From NCBI GenBank assembly GCA_031366795.1, contig JANLOX010000188.1:1-14402 (forward strand): 14,402 nucleotides of DNA, given 5' to 3'. The stretch is from Candidatus Eiseniibacteriota bacterium (lineage in GTDB: Bacteria; Eisenbacteria; RBG-16-71-46). Both the position numbers and the translations under genes were made by a program. The notes beneath the pieces were generated by a model that was not told the origin of the DNA, did not search any database, and saw nothing but the letters and a program-made list of their open reading frames with translations. Positions 1-6,130 of this stretch are shown piece after piece (the first letter of the stretch is position 1; the number at the start of each line of letters is the position of its first letter).

Positions 1-7
1 GACTTAC

Positions 8-83
8 TGGAGCTGGTGATCGGAATCGAACCGATGACCCCGTCATTACGAGTGACGTGCTCTACCAGCTGAGCTACACCAGC
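8..83 (-). tRNA. tRNA-Thr(CGT)
   Basis: Reverse complement reads GCTGGTGTAGCTCAGCTGGTAGAGCACGTCACT-CGT-AATGACGGGGTCATCGGTTCGATTCCGATCACCAGCTCCA: 76 nt, GCTGGTG/CACCAGC acceptor stem, GGTTCGATTCC T-arm, encoded CCA. Confidence 0.98.
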
Positions 84-134
84 CCCGAAGTGATGCCGTG
101 TGCCGGGGTGTAAGCCGGCAAACGTCTGCAGAAA

Positions 135-210
135 TGGTGCGACCCCCCAGAATCGAACTGGGGACACCGCGATTTTCAGTCGCGTGCTCTACCAACTGAG
201 CTAGGGTCGC
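135..210 (-). tRNA. tRNA-Phe(GAA)
   Basis: Reverse complement reads GCGACCCTAGCTCAGTTGGTAGAGCACGCGACT-GAA-AATCGCGGTGTCCCCAGTTCGATTCTGGGGGGTCGCACCA: 76 nt, GCGACCC/GGGTCGC acceptor stem, encoded CCA. Confidence 0.98.
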
Positions 211-257
211 ACGCTCAACGCGTTGGGACCCGGGCGAACCCGAGCCAGCGCATGAGG

Positions 258-285
258 ATTATCATGCCCCCCAAATCAGCGTCAA
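258..285 (-). promoter_or_regulatory. Putative sigma70-type promoter of the tRNA-Phe/tRNA-Thr pair
   Basis: Minus strand TTGACG (285-280), 16-nt spacer, GATAAT (263-258), about 50 nt upstream of tRNA-Phe in a locally AT-richer patch. Confidence 0.6.
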
Positions 286-304
286 ACCAGTGTGGCGTCT
301 TTCG

Positions 305-2182
305 CTACGCGGCAGCGGCCCCGGCGCGCCGGTCCCGGGCGCGGCGGCGCTCTGCGGGGGTGTGCCGACGGTCCTGGTTCCCGACAATCGGCAGTGTAAA
401 CGTGACCACGGTGGTCCACTCCCCTTCCGAGCGCACGCGGATCTCGCCGCCATGGTCCTGGATCACCCGGCGCGCCAGGCTCAGGCCGCTGCCCGCTCCC
501 GCCAGGCGCCCATTGCCGAACGGCAGGAACAGTTGGTCGAGTGCTTCGCCCGGGCTGGTGGTACCGTCGTGGCCGAGTTCGAACATGACATGCTGCGGCA
601 GCTTCTTCGTCTCGATGCGAATGCGCCCGCCCGTCGAGACCGAGTCGAGCGCCATGCTAAGCACCGAGCGCACCACGCCGCTGATGCCATCAGGATCCAA
701 CAGCAATTCGGGCAGGTCACTCGCCAGCCGTTTGATGACACGCGCGCGCCGCCGCACCAGCGCCTCACCGTTGGCGCCGAGCGCTTCATCGGTGAGGGTG
801 TTGAGCTGGACGAGCGACAATGTGGGCGGTGCGAGTTCCGCGTGCGCGCGTTGCTCGCGCAGGATGCGTTCGAGCCGCGCGGTCTCGCGCAGAATCACCA
901 AAGCATACTCGCGCGCTGCCCCCTCGGGCAGTTCGTTGAGCAGGCGGCTCGCGAAAGCGCGCACCGAGGCGACCGGCTTGAGCGCCTCTTCACTACCGCG
1001 CGCGGCGATTTCGCCGAGCGCGGCGAGCGACTCGCGGCGCTGGGCATAGCGCGCGGCGTCGCGTTCGCGGCGTTCGGTCTCGCGCAATTCCGAGAAGCGG
1101 CGCGCCTGGTCGAGCGCCAGCCCGATCAGGTTCGCGGCGGCGGCCAGGTATTCGCGTTCGGCGCGACCGAGACTCATGCGCCGCGCGCCACTGTGCACCG
1201 TCCATACGCCGAGCGCACCGACCGGACGCCCGTAGGCTTCGATCGGCCAGATCGCCAACGCCGCGATCTCGGCGGCAGCGGCGGCCGGCAGCAACATTTC
1301 ATCGGTGGCCGGGTAGGCAATGCGCGCCCGGCCCGCTTCGAGTGCCGCCTGGACGACCGGCTGCAGCGCGCGGCCATGCCGCTCACGCGCGCCCGCAGGT
1401 CCGTGCGCGAGTTGCAACTGCGCGATGCCATCACTCCCGACCGACCAGATCGCGGCGGCATCGGCGCCCGATCTCTCGGCCGCGAGACGCGAGGCCAGGT
1501 GCAGCACTTCGGCGAGATTGCGCGGCGACATCGCGGCGTTCGACAGGTCGAGCAACCCCAGCGCCTGGCCGGTGCGTCGCTCGAGCTGGTCCAGCCGGTC
1601 ACGCAGGTCCAGCGCCATGCGCACGACTTCACCCCATGCGGCCACACGCTCACGCGCGCGTTCGGCCAGGCCGGCGTCACGGAACTCAGCGATGACCACG
1701 CCGTATTCGATGGCACCCACGCGCATCGGGATCACCGTATGCTGCTCGCCGGCCGACCACGGCAGCGACAGCCCAGCGGCGTCACCACTCGCGGGACGCC
1801 CATCGCGCCACGCGGCGCGCGTCGTGGCATCGAGTGCTTCATGATCCCACGCCGCGGGTGCCACCATCGGCCCGGGCGTCATTGCTTCGGGCCCCCTCAA
1901 GCGTGCATCGTCGAGCCACTGGCGAAAGGCTGTCGCATCCACCGGCGGCACGAAGCGGGCGGTGCGCTCGAACACCTCCGTCAGCGGTTCACGGCGCAGC
2001 ACGTGCGCGACGTCGGCATCCAGCCCATCCGGGTGCACCATGGCAGCGGCCAGCGCGCGGGCGAACTCGGCGCGGTCGGCAGCGGCATGCAGGCTCGAGA
2101 ACAGCGTGAACTCCCACGCGCTGGCGGGGACTTCAGGAGGCACCTGCTTGGCACTGGGCCTGGATCTGGGCTGTTCGCGCAT
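305..2182 (-). CDS. GAF-domain histidine-kinase-like protein (GAF-GAF-HisKA-HATPase), probably catalytically inactive pseudokinase
   Basis: 625 aa. GAF-like segment (NLAEVLHLASRLAAERSGADAAAIW...LAIWPIEAYGRPVGALGV), NtrB-like DHp (ESLAALGEIAARGSEEALKPVASVRAFA...ILRETARLERIL), HATPase fold (QLFLPF, GAGSGLSLARRVIQDHGGEIRVRS, TFTLPI). AGGAG at 2200-2196, 13 nt before the ATG. Confidence 0.88.
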   Translation of the reverse strand: MREQPRSRPSAKQVPPEVPASAWEFTLFSSLHAAADRAEFARALAAAMVHPDGLDADVAHVLRREPLTEVFERTARFVPPVDATAFRQWLDDARLRGPEAMTPGPMVAPAAWDHEALDATTRAAWRDGRPASGDAAGLSLPWSAGEQHTVIPMRVGAIEYGVVIAEFRDAGLAERARERVAAWGEVVRMALDLRDRLDQLERRTGQALGLLDLSNAAMSPRNLAEVLHLASRLAAERSGADAAAIWSVGSDGIAQLQLAHGPAGARERHGRALQPVVQAALEAGRARIAYPATDEMLLPAAAAAEIAALAIWPIEAYGRPVGALGVWTVHSGARRMSLGRAEREYLAAAANLIGLALDQARRFSELRETERRERDAARYAQRRESLAALGEIAARGSEEALKPVASVRAFASRLLNELPEGAAREYALVILRETARLERILREQRAHAELAPPTLSLVQLNTLTDEALGANGEALVRRRARVIKRLASDLPELLLDPDGISGVVRSVLSMALDSVSTGGRIRIETKKLPQHVMFELGHDGTTSPGEALDQLFLPFGNGRLAGAGSGLSLARRVIQDHGGEIRVRSEGEWTTVVTFTLPIVGNQDRRHTPAERRRARDRRAGAAAA

Positions 2183-2345
2183 GGGGATGTCACGGCTCCT
2201 TGAGGTGCGGGCGCTTGGGAATTCGACTCACTCAAGGGAAGTCCGCAATCCGTGTGCCCGCGCCGGCCGCTTGTCGCGGCCCTACATCCTTGGGGGTCAC
2301 AGGCGTGCGACCCCGAGAATTCGGGGTGTTTCAGGGGGCTCAGCA

Positions 2346-2369
2346 CGGCACCCCGCGCGGCACCCCGCG
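2346..2369. repeat. Perfect 12-bp tandem duplication (CGGCACCCCGCG x2)
   Basis: cggcaccccgcg-cggcaccccgcg read directly, followed by a degenerate partial copy; lies in the intergenic region upstream of the kinase-like gene. Confidence 0.75.
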
Positions 2370-2429
2370 CGCCCGCGCGGAACGGGCCGCTGGGCTGGGC
2401 GATCTCCCCCAGTGATGGGGCAATCCCAG

Positions 2430-2513
2430 CTAACCCGGACGATTCGCGATGCTCGAGGCGAAACCCATCGGGTCGGTGTCGCCATAACGAACGCGGATGA
2501 CGAAAGAGTGCAT
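2430..2513 (-). pseudogene. Truncated acyl-CoA thioesterase (4HBT/YbgC/FadM hotdog family), N-terminal remnant
   Basis: MHSFVIRVRYGDTDPMGFA-SSIANRPG*: the first 19 residues match the family start motif (RVRYxDTDxMG). The ATG overlaps the upstream stop as TGATG at 2515-2511. Similarity ends before the expected YxNY motif, and no other frame continues it. Confidence 0.75.
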
Positions 2514-3439
2514 CAAGCTGTCTCCCCGGCTTGGGCCACTGATTGCTTCCCCGCTCCCGGCGCCGGCGCAACCGGCGGAGCCGTCTTCCAGCGCCGGTGC
2601 AGCCAGAACCACTGGTGTGGCACGCGCCGCACCCAACTCTCGAGGCGCGCCGTGTGCCACGCGGTCACGCGCTCGACCGCACCTGCATCCTCCGGCCCGG
2701 CGAGATAGGGTGGCTCGAGTTCGAGCACATGGCGGCCATCAGGCAGGCGCACTTGAAATCCCATGACGATCGGCGCGCCGGTGGCGATCGCCAGTCGCGC
2801 CGGTCCCACCGGAGTGCTCGCGAGCCGGCCCATGAAGGGCACGAACACACCCGCGCGCCGCGCATCCTGGTCGGCGAGCATGGCGACGCAGTGTCCCGCG
2901 CGCAGCGATTGGAACACGCGCTTGAGCGAGCCATGCGTGCTCAGGGAACCCACACCACAGGCGGCGCGCCGCGCGGCAAGCCAACGCTCAGAGTAGGGGT
3001 TGCTCAAGGGCCTCACCACAAAGTCGACGGGATAAGTGCGGCCCAACCATGCGCCGAGTAATTCGAAATTGCCGAAGTGACCCGTCATCAACACGACACC
3101 GCGGCCCATCGCCAGCCCCACCTCGAGATGCTCGCGCCCGCGGACTTCGGCGACCACCTCGCCCGCAGCGGAGTGCACCAACTCCGGCAGCCGCGCGTAC
3201 TCCGCCGCGATGCGTCCGACTTCGCGGTAGTGATCGCGCAAAATGATCGCGCGTTCTTCCGGGCTCCATGCTGGAACCACACGCGCGAGATTGTCCACGG
3301 CGACGCTCCGGCGCATGCCGGCCTCGCGCAAGCGGTCACCCAGCCAGGCGCCCGCCGTCAGGGACCGTCGCCAGTTCAGGCTACGAAACCCAGCGGCCGC
3401 GCCGCGCAGCAGCAGCGATTCGAGAAGGGGAGCGCTCAT
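2513..3439 (-). CDS. Lipid A biosynthesis lauroyl/myristoyl acyltransferase-like protein (LpxL/HtrB family)
   Basis: Motifs GRGVVLMTGHFGNFE (HX4E dyad), MLADQDA, FVPFMGR, PHQWFWLHRRWK. Start moved to ATG 3439 (MSAPLLE), 2 nt after the dprA stop; 308 aa. Confidence 0.88.
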   Translation of the reverse strand: MSAPLLESLLLRGAAAGFRSLNWRRSLTAGAWLGDRLREAGMRRSVAVDNLARVVPAWSPEERAIILRDHYREVGRIAAEYARLPELVHSAAGEVVAEVRGREHLEVGLAMGRGVVLMTGHFGNFELLGAWLGRTYPVDFVVRPLSNPYSERWLAARRAACGVGSLSTHGSLKRVFQSLRAGHCVAMLADQDARRAGVFVPFMGRLASTPVGPARLAIATGAPIVMGFQVRLPDGRHVLELEPPYLAGPEDAGAVERVTAWHTARLESWVRRVPHQWFWLHRRWKTAPPVAPAPGAGKQSVAQAGETA

Positions 3440-3441
3440 TC

Positions 3442-4425
3442 CTAGCGCGCTCCCCTGGCGCCGTGCGGCGCACCGTCGTCGCGGCCCGCGCTCCAACGGG
3501 GACCCGGATGCGTCGCGGCGACACCCGACCACTGCAACTCAAGCAACGCCGCGAGCACGCGCTCAGGCGTGAGCCCCGCGCGGCGCGAGACCGCTCCCAA
3601 TTCGCGCGGCTCGGCATCGAGGATGGCAGCGACGCGCGCGGCATCGCTTGCCATTGACTCCTTCGCGGCCGCGCAGACACGAGGAGCTTCGCCCGCCCTC
3701 GGCTCGCCAGCGGCTGCCGCGATCGCGTCGTTCGCAGGATTCCGCGCGGCCGCGTGAGGCGCCAACGCCACGGGGCCCAGGGCGTCCAGCACATCGCGCG
3801 CGCCCTCGCACCACAATGCGCCCGCGCGCAGCAGCGCGTTGCAGCCGCGGCTCGAGGGCCGGTCGATGTCGCCCGGCACGGCGAGTACCGGCCGCCCGAG
3901 CTTGCGCGCGATCGCCGCGGTCGCGAGCGCCCCGCTGCGATGGGCCGCTTCCACCACGACCGTGGCGAGCGACAATCCCGCGATCAGGCGGTTGCGCTCG
4001 AGGAACAGACCACGCGTGACGTGAACGTCGCGCTCCCATTCCGCGACCAGCGCGCCGCTGCTGCCGACGATGCGTTGCGCCAACTCGGCATGCGAAGGCG
4101 GCGTGATGCGATCGAGACTGCCGGGCAACACGGCGATCGTGGCACCACCCGCATCGAGTGCCCCCAGGTGCGCCGCGGCATCGATGCCGCGCGCGAGGCC
4201 ACTGACGATGACCACGCCCAACCCCGCGAGGTCCGCGGCGAGACGGTGGGCGAACGTGCGGCCGTACTCGGTCGAGGCGCGCGCGCCGACGATGGCCACA
4301 CACGGCCCGCTGGGCCATGCGCCACGCACATACAATTCCGCAGGTGGATCCGCGAGGGCGCCCAGCGCTTCAGGCCACTGCGCGCCTCGCAACGCCAACG
4401 TCAGGGGGGCGAAAGCCTCAGGCAT
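3442..4425 (-). CDS. dprA: DNA-processing protein DprA (Smf)
   Basis: Motifs DPPAELYVRG, VAIVGAR, IVSGLARGIDAAAH, FLERNRLIAGLS, VVVEAAHRSGALATA, AVPGDI, SRGCNALLRAGA, plus C-terminal winged helix (LAALLELQWSG). Start moved to ATG 4425 (MPEAFAP), overlapping the upstream stop by 8 nt; 327 aa. Confidence 0.95.
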   Translation of the reverse strand: MPEAFAPLTLALRGAQWPEALGALADPPAELYVRGAWPSGPCVAIVGARASTEYGRTFAHRLAADLAGLGVVIVSGLARGIDAAAHLGALDAGGATIAVLPGSLDRITPPSHAELAQRIVGSSGALVAEWERDVHVTRGLFLERNRLIAGLSLATVVVEAAHRSGALATAAIARKLGRPVLAVPGDIDRPSSRGCNALLRAGALWCEGARDVLDALGPVALAPHAAARNPANDAIAAAAGEPRAGEAPRVCAAAKESMASDAARVAAILDAEPRELGAVSRRAGLTPERVLAALLELQWSGVAATHPGPRWSAGRDDGAPHGARGAR

Positions 4426-5080
4426 CCCCGCCGGAACCGTCGCCGCCGCGCGGCTTGGGAGACGGGGGTCCGGTGAGCATTTCCCATTCGACGCCGTCTT
4501 CGGACGCGCGCACCGCGGCACTGTCGTCCTGCAAGATGCTCGCATCCTCGACGGACATCAGGTCATCGCTGCGCAGGAAGCGGCGCAGCCGCTCGCCCAG
4601 CGAACCATCACGCTTGGTCAACTCGTCCAGCCGCGCGGCTCGCGCGTCCGGCGGCATGCGGTGCAGCGCATGGGCCAGGCGGATCGAGCCCCGCTGCTGG
4701 CCGATCGCGAGCAGCGAGTCGAGGGCAGCGGCGCCCACGCTGTCGTTGGAATCTCGCGTGAGTTGAAACAGCGCAGGCACGGCATTGCCCTCCCCGATCT
4801 TGCCGAAGATGCGGGCAGCACTGAGTCGCGAGAACCACAACCCCTGGTTGAGCAGCGGCATCAGCGCGCGGGAGGAGCGATTCCCCAGCCGCACCAGAGC
4901 CGCTTCGGCGAGATCGCGCAGGTACCACGACTCCTCACTCAGGCACTCGACGAGCTTGCCGATCGCTTCGTCGTCGCCCTGCAGCTCGAGTTCGCGCACG
5001 CCGTCACGCTTGGCGGTGAGGCCGCGGGTGTTGAGGGCATCCCAAGTCTTGCCCTGGCCCTGCTTGTCATCACTCGACAT
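4418..5080 (-). CDS. HEAT/PBS-lyase-like repeat protein
   Basis: 220 aa with repeated helical-hairpin units (AIGKLVECLSEESWYLRDLAEAALVRLG; LMPLLNQGLWFSRLSAARIFGKIG; AVPALFQLTRDSNDSVGAAALDSL). GAGGAGG SD 9 nt before the ATG; overlaps the obgE stop. Confidence 0.85.
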   Translation of the reverse strand: MSSDDKQGQGKTWDALNTRGLTAKRDGVRELELQGDDEAIGKLVECLSEESWYLRDLAEAALVRLGNRSSRALMPLLNQGLWFSRLSAARIFGKIGEGNAVPALFQLTRDSNDSVGAAALDSLLAIGQQRGSIRLAHALHRMPPDARAARLDELTKRDGSLGERLRRFLRSDDLMSVEDASILQDDSAAVRASEDGVEWEMLTGPPSPKPRGGDGSGGDA

Positions 5081-6080
5081 CGTCGCTGACCTCCTCGCCG
5101 GGAGATTTCGACAACCGGCGCCACAGTTCCTCGAGCAGTTCCGGCAGACCCTCGCCCGAATGAGCGCTGATCACGTATTCACCCGCTTCACGCGCCTTGG
5201 CGACCAGTGCAGCCCGGTCCTCGGGCGACAGCACGTCGGCCTTGGTCAGCACGTGGACGCGCGGCTTCTCGGCGAGGGCGGCACTATACTCCTTGAGCTC
5301 GCGTTCAACGAGAGCAACATCCGCGGCCGGATCGGGCGATGAGGCGTCGCACAGCAGCGCCAGCACGCGCGTACGCTCGATGTGGCGCAGGAACTGGAAC
5401 CCCAGCCCCTTGCCTGCCGAAGCCCCCTCGATCAGGCCCGGGATATCGGCCGCCACGAACTGGCGTTCGTTGTCGAGCTTGCAGATGCCGAGGCCCGGCT
5501 CGAGCGTGGTGAACGGGTAGTCGGCGATCTTGGGCCGCGCCCGCGACACGCGCGAGAGCAACGTGGACTTGCCGGCATTGGGCAGCCCGACGAAGCCCAC
5601 GTCTGCGATCAGCTTCAGTTCGAGTTCAATCATCTTCGAAACACCCGCCTCACCGGGATCGCAGCGGCGCGGCGCCTGGTTCGTCGCCGAAGCGAAACGC
5701 GCATTGCCACGACCACCGCGACCACCCTTGGCGATCAACAAACTGTCCTCGGGCCCCGTCAGGTCGCCCAGCGGCTCGCCGGTCTCGGCATCCTTCACCA
5801 TAGTGCCCGCGGGCAGCCAGACGATGACGTCGGCGCCACTCTTGCCGGTCTTGTTGTTGCCACTACCGAAACCGCCGTGGACAGCGCGGTAGCGCAGCGT
5901 CTCGCGGCAATCGAGCAGCGTACGCACGTGCGGATTCACCTTGAGCCACACGTCGCCGCCGCGGCCGCCATCGCCGCCATCCGGGCCGCCCTTGGGGACG
6001 AACTTCTCGCGCCGGAAGCTCACGCAGCCGGGGCCCCCATTGCCGGACGTCACTTCAATTTTTACGTGATCGATGAACAC
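5070..6080 (-). CDS. obgE: GTPase ObgE/CgtA
   Basis: Gly-rich Obg fold (FRREKFVPKGGPDGGDGGRGG), G1 GLPNAGKS, G2 YPFTT, G3 DIPG, G4 TKAD, G5 SAH. GTG start with GGGAGGGAG upstream; 336 aa with a short acidic tail. Confidence 0.98.
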   Translation of the reverse strand: MFIDHVKIEVTSGNGGPGCVSFRREKFVPKGGPDGGDGGRGGDVWLKVNPHVRTLLDCRETLRYRAVHGGFGSGNNKTGKSGADVIVWLPAGTMVKDAETGEPLGDLTGPEDSLLIAKGGRGGRGNARFASATNQAPRRCDPGEAGVSKMIELELKLIADVGFVGLPNAGKSTLLSRVSRARPKIADYPFTTLEPGLGICKLDNERQFVAADIPGLIEGASAGKGLGFQFLRHIERTRVLALLCDASSPDPAADVALVERELKEYSAALAEKPRVHVLTKADVLSPEDRAALVAKAREAGEYVISAHSGEGLPELLEELWRRLSKSPGEEVSDDVE

Positions 6081-6130
6081 TTAAGAACGACTCCCTCCCA
6101 GCGGACGCTGTTGCACGCCTCGCTCCAACG

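Noticed and set aside
84..250. Small hairpins flanking the tRNAs (TGCCGG/CCGGCA spacer stem; UUCG-capped stem in the leader)
   Set aside because: Consistent with ordinary pre-tRNA leader and spacer structure; no evidence for a separate ncRNA.
290..2203. 637-aa plus-strand ORF
   Set aside because: Antisense shadow of the kinase-like gene; no recognisable motifs, and long stop-free antisense frames are expected in GC-rich coding DNA.
2230..2285. AAGGGAAGTCCG on the plus strand resembling the start of a cobalamin riboswitch core
   Set aside because: It lacks the following GGTG...CC and GCAACTGT-type elements and points opposite to all nearby genes.
3440..3532. Longer N-termini in the ORF track for the acyltransferase, dprA (4545), rsmD (10923), LolA-like (11401) and lipoprotein (12414)
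   Set aside because: The extensions overlap upstream genes and lack family similarity; the shorter starts give tight stop/start coupling or family-typical N-termini.
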